Shown here: positions 48,707-58,910 of the stretch, piece after piece
Layout: each line of letters starts with the position of its first letter
How positions within the stretch are numbered: position 1 is the first letter of the stretch
DNA from: Candidatus Polarisedimenticolia bacterium
GTDB taxonomy: Bacteria > Acidobacteriota > Polarisedimenticolia > Gp22-AA2 > AA152
Reading direction: 5' to 3'
Length of the DNA stretch: 64,000 nt
Assembly: GCA_036004685.1 (NCBI GenBank)
Contig: DASYRE010000024.1
Location: forward strand, 234 to 64,233
The notes under the pieces: model-generated
Seen by the model: only the letters and a program-made list of their open reading frames with translations
Database searches by the model: none
Told to the model about the DNA's origin: nothing
Made by a program: the position numbers and the translations under genes

Positions 48707-49891
48707 ATGAGCGCCGTGGAAATCCAAAGCGGAATGAGCCAAGTGAAGAACGCCATCGCCATCGCGAGCGGCAAGGGGGGAGTCGGAAAATCCACCGTCG
48801 CCGCCAACCTCGCGCTGGCGCTCTCCCGCGGCGGCTCTTGCGTCGGATTGATGGACGCCGACATCTATGGACCCTCGATCCCGACCCTCCTCGGGTCGAA
48901 TCAGCCGCCCAGGCCGGGGGAGGCGGAGGGGACCCTCCTGCCGACCGAAAAATTCGGTATCAAGTTCATCTCGATGGGGCTGTTCACCGGCCGCGACACG
49001 CCGGTGATCTGGCGGGGGCCGATGGCCACCAAGATGATCCAGCAGTTCCTGGCGCAGGTCTCCTGGGGAGCGCTCGACTACCTCCTCATCGACCTGCCGC
49101 CCGGAACGGGTGACGTCCAGCTGACTTTGACGCAATCCGCTCCGCTGGTGGGGGCGGTGATCGTGACGACTCCTCAAGAAGTCGCCGTGGGCGTCACGCT
49201 CCGGGGACTGAGGATGTTCGAACAGGTGCAGGTCCCGATTCTCGGTATCGTCGAGAACATGAGCACCTTCATTTGTCCCCACTGCTCGCAGGAAACGCAG
49301 ATCTTCCGGCATGGAGGCGGCAAGCGCGCCGCGGAAGAGCTGGGGGTGCCGTTTCTGGGAGAAGTGCCGCTGGATCCCGCCCTTCCCCCTTCAGGGGATG
49401 CCGGGGTCCCCGTCGTCGGGGCGGAGGGCCCCGCTCCGGAAGCTCCCTCCGCGCGGGCCTTCGTGGAGATCGCCCGGAAGGTCTCCGACGAAGTCCGGCG
49501 GGTCAACGAAATGACTCGTTCCGTCAGCCACCGGCCGGAAGAGGTGAAGACGGAGAATGGGATGGTCGAAATTCGATGGAGCGACGGGCACCTGAGCCGC
49601 TATCCTTTCCGGGCCTTGCGCCAGGCATGTCCTTGCGCTCTGTGCGTGGATGAATGGACCGGTCAGCGGCGCATGGATCCCGAGCGCATCCTCAAGAGCG
49701 TGCGCCCCATGGAGATCCGGCGCGTCGGACGATACGCGCTGCAATTCGTCTGGTCGGACATGCACAGCAGCGGGATTTACACTTACGACCTGCTCCGATC
49801 CCTCGATCCAGCCGCTCCGCGGGACGTTGCGTCCACCGGGTCTCGCCCTTCGGCTCTTTCCCCCTCGACCCGGCCGGAAAAGACCCCGTAG
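48707..49891 (+). CDS. Mrp/ApbC/NBP35-family Fe-S cluster carrier ATPase fused to a C-terminal DUF971 domain
   Basis: Deviant Walker A (ASGKGGVGKST), the CPHC Fe-S ligand pair (FICPHCSQET), and a C-terminal about 90 aa DUF971-like block (GMVEIRWSDGHLSRYPFRALRQACPCALC). Confidence 0.8.
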   Translation: MSAVEIQSGMSQVKNAIAIASGKGGVGKSTVAANLALALSRGGSCVGLMDADIYGPSIPTLLGSNQPPRPGEAEGTLLPTEKFGIKFISMGLFTGRDTPVIWRGPMATKMIQQFLAQVSWGALDYLLIDLPPGTGDVQLTLTQSAPLVGAVIVTTPQEVAVGVTLRGLRMFEQVQVPILGIVENMSTFICPHCSQETQIFRHGGGKRAAEELGVPFLGEVPLDPALPPSGDAGVPVVGAEGPAPEAPSARAFVEIARKVSDEVRRVNEMTRSVSHRPEEVKTENGMVEIRWSDGHLSRYPFRALRQACPCALCVDEWTGQRRMDPERILKSVRPMEIRRVGRYALQFVWSDMHSSGIYTYDLLRSLDPAAPRDVASTGSRPSALSPSTRPEKTP

Positions 49892-49953
49892 AAGGTGGTC
49901 GGCAAGAGACTCCCGACTCAGGACGAACCCGCCGAAAGGACTCAAGAAATGGG

Positions 49954-49982
49954 GTTGACAAGATGGCTCCGGGCCGGTAACA
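49954..49982 (+). promoter_or_regulatory. Sigma-70-type promoter candidate TTGACA-N17-TAACAT upstream of the Rrf2-suf operon
   Basis: Consensus -35 hexamer with a 17-nt spacer to a -10-like hexamer, 75 nt upstream of the Rrf2 ATG. Seen directly. Confidence 0.45.
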
Positions 49983-50057
49983 TCGTGTCGTATACAGGAC
50001 AGGAACGGTACTGTTTCGAATCCCTGAACCGTTTGAGGAGCGATTTCCTTGATTCGC

Positions 50058-50519
50058 ATGACCCGCTTGACCGACTACGGAATAATGCTTCTCGCCCATT
50101 TCGCCCGGGATCCGGAGCATAAGCTGCACAACGCGCGCGACATCGCCTGCGCCGCGCACCTTCCCCTGCCCACCGTGAACAAGATTCTCAAAGCCCTCAC
50201 CCGCAAGGGGTTGTTGCTTTCGCATCGAGGCGTCAAGGGCGGTTACAGCCTGGCGCGCGCCCCCGAAAAAATAACCGTGGCGGACATCATCACGGCGACC
50301 GAAGGGCCCGTGGCCCTAACCGTTTGCACCGCGGCTCTTCCCGGGTCCTGCGCCCAGGAGGAGTCCTGTCCCGTTCACAACAGCTGGCAGAAGATCAACA
50401 ACGCCATCCGGACCGCTCTCGAGAGCGTTTCCCTCTCCGAGATGGCCCGGCCGATCTCTTTTCGCTCTCGAAAATCGGGCAAGCCGATCGAAATCGAGCG
50501 GAGAGCGGGAAATCCCTGA
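50058..50519 (+). CDS. Rrf2-family transcriptional regulator (IscR/SufR-like)
   Basis: wHTH N-terminus (MTRLTDYGIMLLAHFA...LPTVNKILKALTRKGLL) and three Cys (C..C.....C) typical of Fe-S-sensing Rrf2 proteins. First gene of the suf cluster. Confidence 0.8.
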   Translation: MTRLTDYGIMLLAHFARDPEHKLHNARDIACAAHLPLPTVNKILKALTRKGLLLSHRGVKGGYSLARAPEKITVADIITATEGPVALTVCTAALPGSCAQEESCPVHNSWQKINNAIRTALESVSLSEMARPISFRSRKSGKPIEIERRAGNP

Positions 50520-50528
50520 AGAGGCGCA

Positions 50529-51974
50529 ATGAAGACCACGACCAAGACAATCCAGGACCTGGCCGAGCAGGAATACAAGTACGGGTTCGTCACCGACATC
50601 GAATCGGAGACGATTCCCAAAGGCCTGAGCGAGGAGATCATCCGCATGATCTCGTCGATGAAGGGGGAGCCGGAGTTCATGCTGGAGTGGCGCCTCAAGG
50701 CCTTCCGTCACTGGCTGACGATGAAAGAGCCCCACTGGCCGAACGTTAAATACGGTCCCATCGACTACCAGGACATCAGCTATTACTCCGCGCCCAAGCA
50801 GAAGACCGGCCCGAAGAGCCTGGAGGAGGTCGATCCGGAGCTGCTGAAGACCTATGCCAAGCTGGGGATTCCGCTGGAGGAGCAGAAGCTCCTCAGCGGC
50901 GTCGCCGTCGACGCGGTGTTCGACAGCGTCTCGGTCGCCACGACCTTCAAGGCGAAGCTGAACGAGATGGGGATCATCTTTTGCTCCTTCTCCGAGGCGG
51001 TGCTGAACCATCCCAATCTCGTGAGAAAGTACCTCGGCTCGGTCGTGCCCTATTCCGACAACTTCTTCGCCACCCTGAACTCGGCGGTTTTCAGCGACGG
51101 CTCCTTCGCCTACATCCCGAAAGGAGTGCGCTGCCCGATGGAGCTTTCCACTTATTTCCGGATCAACGCCGCCAACACGGGACAGTTCGAGCGGACCCTC
51201 ATCGTCGCCGATGAAGGCGCGACCGTGAGCTACCTCGAAGGCTGCACCGCCCCCATCCGCGACACGAACCAGCTGCACGCCGCGGTCGTGGAGCTGGTGG
51301 CGCTGGACAACGCCACAATCAAGTACTCGACGGTGCAGAACTGGTACCCCGGCGACAAGGAGGGGAAGGGAGGCATCTACAACTTCGTGACCAAGCGCGG
51401 CAAGTGCCTCGGCGCGAACTCGAAGATTTCCTGGACCCAGGTAGAGACAGGCTCGGCGATCACCTGGAAATACCCGAGCTGCATCCTGCAGGGCGACAAC
51501 TCGGTCGGGGAGTTCTACTCGGTGGCGGTGACCAACAACTACCAGCAGGCCGACACCGGAACGAAGATGATCCACATCGGAAAGAACACGCGCAGCACCA
51601 TCGTCACCAAGGGGATCTCGGCCGGGCACGGGCAGAACACCTACCGCGGTCTGGTGAAAATACTGAAAGGGGCGGCGAACGCCCGCAATTACTCCCAGTG
51701 CGATTCGCTCCTGCTGGGGGACAAGTGCGGGGCGCACACCTTCCCGTACATCGAAGTGAAGAACAGCACCTCGCGCCTGGAGCACGAGGCCTCCACCTCC
51801 AAGATCGGCGAGGACCAGATTTTCTATTGCAAGCAGCGCGGGATTTCGACCGAAGACGCGGTCAACATGATCGTGAACGGCTTCTGCAAGGAAGTGTTCC
51901 GGGAGCTGCCGATGGAGTTCGCCGTCGAGGCGCAGAAGCTCCTCGGAGTCAGCCTCGAAGGAAGCGTGGGCTAG
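50529..51974 (+). CDS. sufB: Fe-S cluster assembly scaffold protein SufB
   Basis: Highly conserved SufB blocks throughout (e.g. [19 protein letters not shown]; [30 protein letters not shown]). Confidence 0.95.
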   Translation: MKTTTKTIQDLAEQEYKYGFVTDIESETIPKGLSEEIIRMISSMKGEPEFMLEWRLKAFRHWLTMKEPHWPNVKYGPIDYQDISYYSAPKQKTGPKSLEEVDPELLKTYAKLGIPLEEQKLLSGVAVDAVFDSVSVATTFKAKLNEMGIIFCSFSEAVLNHPNLVRKYLGSVVPYSDNFFATLNSAVFSDGSFAYIPKGVRCPMELSTYFRINAANTGQFERTLIVADEGATVSYLEGCTAPIRDTNQLHAAVVELVALDNATIKYSTVQNWYPGDKEGKGGIYNFVTKRGKCLGANSKISWTQVETGSAITWKYPSCILQGDNSVGEFYSVAVTNNYQQADTGTKMIHIGKNTRSTIVTKGISAGHGQNTYRGLVKILKGAANARNYSQCDSLLLGDKCGAHTFPYIEVKNSTSRLEHEASTSKIGEDQIFYCKQRGISTEDAVNMIVNGFCKEVFRELPMEFAVEAQKLLGVSLEGSVG

Positions 51975-52013
51975 GTAGCGCAGGCTAAGACGACCGGAGA
52001 AGGCGGAGAGACG

Positions 52014-52772
<759 letters not shown>

Positions 52773-52820
52773 TCGGCAGCCACCTTCGCGACAACCTCAC
52801 GCAGCCACGAGCAGAGCAGA

Positions 52821-54173
52821 ATGACGAAACCGATCTCCGCGACCGATCATTACGCTTCAGAGTTCGAGCGGTTCGAGAAGACCGGCCCCCGGCACGAGCC
52901 CACTTTCCTGCCGGCCCTCCGCCGGCGCGCCTTGGATCGCTTCCTCGATCTGAAGTTCCCCACGACCCGGGACGAGGAATGGAAGTACACCAGCCTCGCT
53001 CCGATCTCCTCCACCCCGTTCAAGTCCGCCGAGCGGAACGGGAAGGGGGTGATGAGCCAGAAGCAGAAGCTCAACGTCGCCATGTTCGGGGAAGCCGAGT
53101 GTACGCACCTCGTGTTCGTGAACGGCCGCTACGTCCCGGAGCTGTCGCTGCTGCGGTCCGACGCCGACGGCGTCCGGGTAGGGAGCCTCGCGGAGTCGCT
53201 CGAGCGGGAAGGTGCGCGGGTGGAGGCCTATTTGGGCCGCCACGCATCGTTCGACTCCCAGGCGTTGGTCGCGCTGAACACCGCGTTCCTCCGCGACGGG
53301 GCGTTCGTCCACGTCCCGAGGCGCAAGGTGCTGCGCGAGCCGATCCATCTCCTCTTCGTCACCGCGCCCAACGGCCAAGGGCCGATCGTGTCGCATCCCC
53401 GGAGCCTGATCGTCGTGGAGGAGGGGAGCCAGGCCGCGATCGTGGAGAACTACTTCTCGCTCGGCGGCGGCGGGTATTTCACCAACGCCGTGACCGAGGT
53501 GGTGGCGGGTCCGGGCTGCGTCGTGGATCACTGCCGGCTCCAGAGGGAGAGCGAGGAGGCCTACCACATCTCGACCCTCCAGGCGCATCTGGAGCGCAGC
53601 GCCCGGTTCACGTCCCACTCCATCACCTTTGGAGGGGCCCTGGTCCGCAACGACCTCAACGGCGTCTTGGACGGCGAAGGCGCGGAGTGCGTCCTGAACG
53701 GCCTCTATCTCGCGACGGGCCGCCAGCACATCGACAACCACACCTTCATCGATCACGCCAAGCCCCATTGCAGCAGCCGCGAATTCTACAAGGGAGTCCT
53801 GGGCGGCTCCTCCCACGGCGTCTTCAACGGCAAGATCATGGTGCGGCCCGACGCCCAGAAGACCGACGCCAAGCAGACGAACAAGAACCTCCTCCTTTCC
53901 GAGGAGGCGCTGGTGGACACCAAGCCCCAGCTCGAAATCTACGCGGATGACGTCAAGTGCACCCACGGGGCGACGATCGGGCAGCTCGACGACGACGCCC
54001 TCTTCTACCTGCGCTCGCGCGGGATCGGCGAGGAGAAGGCGCGCGGCGTCCTGGTGCATGCCTTCGCGAGCGACGTCGTGGAGAGGATTCCCGTCGAGCC
54101 CGTGCGGATGGGACTGGAATGCGAGCTGATGACCCGCCTGCCGGTGGGGATCGAGAATTGGGGGAACGCATGA
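52821..54173 (+). CDS. sufD: Fe-S cluster assembly protein SufD
   Basis: SufB/SufD-family C-terminal beta-helix region; gene order follows sufB-sufC. Confidence 0.85.
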   Translation: MTKPISATDHYASEFERFEKTGPRHEPTFLPALRRRALDRFLDLKFPTTRDEEWKYTSLAPISSTPFKSAERNGKGVMSQKQKLNVAMFGEAECTHLVFVNGRYVPELSLLRSDADGVRVGSLAESLEREGARVEAYLGRHASFDSQALVALNTAFLRDGAFVHVPRRKVLREPIHLLFVTAPNGQGPIVSHPRSLIVVEEGSQAAIVENYFSLGGGGYFTNAVTEVVAGPGCVVDHCRLQRESEEAYHISTLQAHLERSARFTSHSITFGGALVRNDLNGVLDGEGAECVLNGLYLATGRQHIDNHTFIDHAKPHCSSREFYKGVLGGSSHGVFNGKIMVRPDAQKTDAKQTNKNLLLSEEALVDTKPQLEIYADDVKCTHGATIGQLDDDALFYLRSRGIGEEKARGVLVHAFASDVVERIPVEPVRMGLECELMTRLPVGIENWGNA

Positions 54174-55438
54174 GAGCCGCCGAAGGGACCTTGGACCCGG
54201 AGCGCCGTACGACGACGGCGCGCTTCGACGTGGAGCGCGTCCGGCGGGACTTTCCCATCCTCGACCAGAGGGTCCACAACCGCCCGCTCGTCTACCTGGA
54301 CAACGCCGCCACCAGCCAGAAGCCGCTTGCCGTCATCGACGCCGTGAGCGGCTATTACCTGCGCGACAACGCCAACATCCACCGGGGCGTCCACGAGCTG
54401 AGCCAGCGGGCCACCCGCGGCTACGAGGAGGTCCGCGCCAAGATCCGGCGGTTCATCAACGCCGGCAGCGACCGGGAGATCGTCTACGTCGGCGGCACCA
54501 CCGGCGCGATCAACCTCGTGGCCCAGAGCTACGGCCGCTCCCGAGTCGGCAGGGGCGACGAGATCATCCTCACGACGATGGAGCACCACTCCAACATCGT
54601 CCCCTGGCAGATCCTCGCCGAGGAGAAGGGAGCGCACCTGAGGATCGCTCCCGTCGACGATCGAGGCGAGCTGATCCTCGAAGATCTCGAAAAGCTTCTC
54701 GGCGAGCGGACCCGGATCGTCTCGATGGTCCACCTCTCCAACTCCCTGGGCACGGTGAACCCGGTCCGCGAGGTGATCCGGATGGCGCACGCGCGCGGCA
54801 TTCCCGTCCTGCTCGACGGCGCCCAGGCGGCCGCCCATCTCCGAATCGACGTCCAGGAGCTGGACTGCGACTTCTATGCTCTTTCCAGCCACAAGATGTA
54901 CGGTCCGACGGGGATCGGGATCCTGTACGGCAAGGAGAAGCTCCTGGAGGCGATGCCGCCGTACCAGTCGGGCGGCGACATGATCAGCTCCGTCAGCTTC
55001 GAAAAGACCCATTACAACCGCCTGCCCTTCAAGTTCGAAGCCGGAACGCCCAACATCGCCGGCGTGATCGGCCTTGGGGCCGCGATCGACTATCTGGAGG
55101 AGATTGGAATCGAAGCCGCGGCGGCCCATGAGAATGAGCTGCTCGCCTACGCGACCGAAGCGGTCTCGCAGATCCCCCGGGTCCGGATTGTCGGCACCGC
55201 GCCGGAGAAGGCCGGGATCCTCTCCTTCGTCATCGAGGGAGTGCACCCTCACGACATCGGGACGATCCTCGACGAGCAGGGGGTCGCGATTCGCGCCGGG
55301 CACCATTGCACCCAGCCGCTCATGGAGCGCTACGGGATCCCGGCGACGGCGCGCGCCTCCTTCGCGATGTACAACACTCGACAGGACGTCGACGCCCTCC
55401 TCGCCGGCATCCGGAAGGTCCTCGAGGTCTTCGGCTGA
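54170..55438 (+). CDS. sufS: Cysteine desulfurase SufS (class V aminotransferase, group II)
   Basis: PLP-lysine region (SSHKMYGPTGIG) and catalytic Cys loop (RAGHHCTQPLMERYG). ATGA overlap with sufD. Confidence 0.9.
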   Translation: MRAAEGTLDPERRTTTARFDVERVRRDFPILDQRVHNRPLVYLDNAATSQKPLAVIDAVSGYYLRDNANIHRGVHELSQRATRGYEEVRAKIRRFINAGSDREIVYVGGTTGAINLVAQSYGRSRVGRGDEIILTTMEHHSNIVPWQILAEEKGAHLRIAPVDDRGELILEDLEKLLGERTRIVSMVHLSNSLGTVNPVREVIRMAHARGIPVLLDGAQAAAHLRIDVQELDCDFYALSSHKMYGPTGIGILYGKEKLLEAMPPYQSGGDMISSVSFEKTHYNRLPFKFEAGTPNIAGVIGLGAAIDYLEEIGIEAAAAHENELLAYATEAVSQIPRVRIVGTAPEKAGILSFVIEGVHPHDIGTILDEQGVAIRAGHHCTQPLMERYGIPATARASFAMYNTRQDVDALLAGIRKVLEVFG

Positions 55439-55884
55439 TGTCCGACCTCCGCGATCTCTACCAGGAGGTCATTCTCGACCACAGCAGGAGCCCCAGGAAC
55501 TTCCGGAAGATTCCCTCGGCGAACCACAGCGCGGAAGGCTTCAACCCCCTGTGCGGCGACCGCATCACCGTGTTTCTTACCCTGCGCAACGGCAAGGTCG
55601 AGGACGTTTCCTTCCAGGGATCGGGATGCGCCATCTCCACCGCCTCGGCCTCGATGATGACCGAGAAGCTGAAGGGGAAGACCCCCGAGGAGGCGAAGGC
55701 GATCTTCGAGTCGTTCCACTCCCTCATCACGGGGAGGCAGGACTCTTCGGGGGCGGATCTGGGCAAGCTGGCGGTGTTCTCCGGAGTCTCGGAGTTCCCG
55801 ATCCGGATCAAGTGCGCCGCGCTCGCCTGGCACGCCTTGAAAGCGGCGCTGGAAGGGAAGGAACACACCGTCTCGACGGAATAG
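55438..55884 (+). CDS. sufU: SufU/IscU-like zinc-dependent sulfur-transfer protein
   Basis: NPLCGD ... GSGCAIS ... KCAALAW Cys motif pattern. Single-nucleotide overlap with the sufS stop (TGATG). Confidence 0.85.
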   Translation: MSDLRDLYQEVILDHSRSPRNFRKIPSANHSAEGFNPLCGDRITVFLTLRNGKVEDVSFQGSGCAISTASASMMTEKLKGKTPEEAKAIFESFHSLITGRQDSSGADLGKLAVFSGVSEFPIRIKCAALAWHALKAALEGKEHTVSTE

Positions 55885-56038
55885 GCGACGTGCCAGGAAG
55901 CGGCCTCCTGCCGGCGGCGGACGGACGGTCGAGGCGGGAATCGCGCGACGACCACGTTCCGATTGCCAAGAGGCTCGAGGCGAGCGATCGCGTGACCTCG
56001 AACGACGCACGGTTCGGACGATTCGAAAGGAGCGGACG

Positions 56039-56401
56039 ATGACGGAGCCAACCGGAGAGACGGCGGAGACGAAGCCGGAGGGTTCTGGGACGAGCGTCGA
56101 GGATCTCGAGAAGAAGGTCGTCGAGGTTCTCAAGACCTGCTACGATCCTGAAATCCCCGTGAACATCTACGAGCTGGGACTGATCTACAAGGTCGACGTG
56201 AACGCTCCCGGGTCGGTCGACGTCCGCATGACCCTGACCTCCCCCATGTGCCCCGTCGCGGGATCCCTCCCCCCCGAAGTCGAAGCGAAGATCCGCAACA
56301 TCCCGGGCGTCAGCTCGGCCAAGGTCGAGGTCGTCTGGGATCCCCCCTGGACTCCGGAGATGATGTCGCAGGCGGCGAAGCTCCAGCTCAACATGATGTA
56401 G
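56039..56401 (+). CDS. sufT: SufT/DUF59 (MIP18-family) Fe-S assembly factor
   Basis: DUF59 core (VLKTCYDPEIPVNIYELGLIY...MTLTSPMCPV). Confidence 0.7.
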   Translation: MTEPTGETAETKPEGSGTSVEDLEKKVVEVLKTCYDPEIPVNIYELGLIYKVDVNAPGSVDVRMTLTSPMCPVAGSLPPEVEAKIRNIPGVSSAKVEVVWDPPWTPEMMSQAAKLQLNMM

Positions 56402-56515
56402 ATTCGCCTTCGACCTTCGGCGCCGCGGCCGGCGGCAGCCCTTCCTCCCGGAGGAATTCTGCCCAACAAAAATCGTCCAGATCCATCCGCCGAGAGCGGT
56501 GACCGGCCCGGAAAG

Positions 56516-57748
56516 ATGGAGCCGCGGCGGCGCATTGCCTACCTGCTCACCGCCTACCCCACGATCACCGAGACCTTCGTCGAGGGCGAGTTCCGGGCCC
56601 TGGCGGAGCGCGGGATGGCGATCGACCTGTACGCGACCCGGAACTTCCGGGAGCTGGTGGGCGAGGATCCGGATCCCGACCGCGGACTGAGCATCAACCG
56701 GCTTCCTTATTTCTGGAGCCTGGAGGTCTGGCTCGCGTCGGGAGCTTTTCTCCTTCTCCGTCCGTGGCGCACGGTGGGCACGTTCCTGCGAGTCGTGGCC
56801 GGCAACGCCGCGAGCCCGCACTTCCTCATGCAGACGGTCGCCCTCTTTCCGAAGACCCTGGCGTTCGCGCGGCGCATGGAGCGCCGGGGAACGGCCCACG
56901 TCCACGGCACCTGGGGCCATTATCCCGCCACCTGCGCCTACGTCGCCGCCCGCCTGCTGAAGGTGCCCTTCAGCTTCACGGCGCACGCCGGGCTCGACGT
57001 CTACGCCGATCAGACCTTCCTGAAACAGAAAATCAGCTCCGCCCGCTTCGTGCTCACCTGCATGGACGGCAACCGGCGCCTGCTGGCGGAGCTCGCTCCC
57101 GAGGCGTCGGATCGCATCCACACCGTCTACCATGGCGTGACGCTCTCGGCGATTCCTCCGGCCGGGACGATGCCGCGGGCCGAGCCGCCGGAGATCGTCT
57201 CGGCGGGACGGTTGGTGCCGGAAAAGGGGTTCGTCGATCTCATCGCCGCGTGCGGCCTCTTGCGCCGGCGAGGGATCGTCTTCCGGCTGCGGATCTTCGG
57301 CGACGGACCCGAGCGCTCCCGCCTCGAGGACGCGATCCGCAGCGAGAATCTGGGCGACGCCGTGATCCTCGAAGGATTCGCGCCGCATCGCCGCATCCTC
57401 GAAGCCGCCGCGCGCGCCACGGTCGTCGCCCTGGCTTCCTTCGAGCTGCCCCAGAAATACCTCGACGGGATGGCCAACGTCCTGGTGGAGGCCATGGCCT
57501 GCGGCACCGCGGTGGTCAGCACCTCCTATTCCGGCTCTCGCGAGCTGTTGCTGGACGGGAAGGCGGGCCTTCTGGTCCCGCAGCGCGAACCGGCGCGACT
57601 GGCGGAAGCGCTCGAGACGCTCCTGACCCGTCCCGAGGTCCGTGAGGAGCTCCGGAGAAGCGGAAGCCGGCGGGCCCTGGCCGATTTCGTGCGCGAGCGC
57701 AACGTCGGACGGATCGAGGCTCTCTTCCAGGAATCGCTGGGCGGGTGA
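56516..57748 (+). CDS. GT4-family glycosyltransferase (WcaL/colanic-acid-type)
   Basis: C-terminal GT-B donor-binding region with the EX7E-like motif (EGFAPHRRILEAA...LVEAMACGTAVVST). Confidence 0.75.
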   Translation: MEPRRRIAYLLTAYPTITETFVEGEFRALAERGMAIDLYATRNFRELVGEDPDPDRGLSINRLPYFWSLEVWLASGAFLLLRPWRTVGTFLRVVAGNAASPHFLMQTVALFPKTLAFARRMERRGTAHVHGTWGHYPATCAYVAARLLKVPFSFTAHAGLDVYADQTFLKQKISSARFVLTCMDGNRRLLAELAPEASDRIHTVYHGVTLSAIPPAGTMPRAEPPEIVSAGRLVPEKGFVDLIAACGLLRRRGIVFRLRIFGDGPERSRLEDAIRSENLGDAVILEGFAPHRRILEAAARATVVALASFELPQKYLDGMANVLVEAMACGTAVVSTSYSGSRELLLDGKAGLLVPQREPARLAEALETLLTRPEVREELRRSGSRRALADFVRERNVGRIEALFQESLGG

Positions 57749-57752
57749 GGCT

Positions 57753-58712
57753 TCAGAAGTCGCCGCTTCGGTGCAGCAGGGTCGGACGACCCTGCACCTT
57801 CCTCCAAACGGCGAAGGACTCGGTGTTCCCCATCACCAGCAGGCCCCCCTCGCTGAGAGCGCCCGTGAGATTCGCGAATCCCTCCTGGATCCTCTCTTCC
57901 GGAAAATAGTTCTTCTGAAGAAGATTGAACGAGAGGATCAAGTCGAATTCCCCGCGCACCTCCGAGAACACGTCCATCTTTTCCAACGAGAAGCCGTTTG
58001 GTCCGATACGCGCCTCCACGTCCGGGTGCACCAGGGCGACGCGGTCGAGACGCCGGCTCTCGGAGGCGCGGTACTTCTTCTTGAAATAGGAGGAGACGAG
58101 ATTCAGCGGCGCGAGCAGGCTGGAGGCGGCCACCCCGTAGAGGTTGCCTGAGACCTGGGGACGGTAGACGCTGAAGAACCTGCGACCGTGGCGGACCTGG
58201 AGCAAGTTTCCCGCTTCGTCGAATACGCATCCTCGTTCCGGGTCGATCAGGACGTCCCAGGCGAGATCGGCCAGGACGTACTTCTCGATTCGGTACCGCT
58301 TCGAGAGACTCTCGTGCACGTCGAGGCTCGTCAAGCCGATTGACGAGGGGACCTCGAGGACCCGCAGCGTGTCTCTCTCGATGGCAAATTGCGGATCTTC
58401 GCCGACGATCCGCAGGATCGGATCGTGCCGCGCCGGGTAAGTCGTCTTCCGGACTCCGTTCGGCAGGACGATGGCGTCGGCGATCTCGACGAAGCGGCGC
58501 GAAATCGCCTTTCTCTCCTCGGGTCCTGCGGGGCGATATTCCGCCTTCAACGCGCTCCACTCTCCCGCGAAGTTGACCGACCTGCTTTCCGCCGAATACT
58601 TGGCCAGGAAGCTGAGAAGGTAGGGAAGTCCCGTGGGTCTCAAAGCCCGGTAAACCCGACTTTGAAACCCCGCCGGAAGCCTCTTCCAAGCGTTTCGCAG
58701 GCGGCTCAGCAT
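57753..58712 (-). CDS. Hypothetical protein, possible SAM-dependent methyltransferase fold
   Basis: A clean 319-aa ORF with ordinary composition. It has a weak motif-I-like stretch and a C-terminal FDLILSFNLL...GGLLVMG block. No confident family. Confidence 0.35.
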   Translation of the reverse strand: MLSRLRNAWKRLPAGFQSRVYRALRPTGLPYLLSFLAKYSAESRSVNFAGEWSALKAEYRPAGPEERKAISRRFVEIADAIVLPNGVRKTTYPARHDPILRIVGEDPQFAIERDTLRVLEVPSSIGLTSLDVHESLSKRYRIEKYVLADLAWDVLIDPERGCVFDEAGNLLQVRHGRRFFSVYRPQVSGNLYGVAASSLLAPLNLVSSYFKKKYRASESRRLDRVALVHPDVEARIGPNGFSLEKMDVFSEVRGEFDLILSFNLLQKNYFPEERIQEGFANLTGALSEGGLLVMGNTESFAVWRKVQGRPTLLHRSGDF

Positions 58713-58910
58713 CGTGTCGTTCCTCGAGCTTCGATCTTATCATTCCGTCTGGAATCGCCGCGGTGCCGGGGCGTCGCCAGCGCTCGCCGCGCCCCGCCGG
58801 ACGCTCGTTTCCCGGAGCTCGACCGATTCCTGGTCGAGAACACGCATCGAGGGGGGAAGCAGAGGGAAAAAAGAATGATCACCGGAGCGCCGTAGGCTGA
58901 GGGAGCGCTC

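Noticed and set aside
47824-48864. 346-aa minus-strand ORF
   Set aside because: Antisense to the DR-tail gene. Its low-complexity repeats are just the complement of the Asp/Arg codon repeats.
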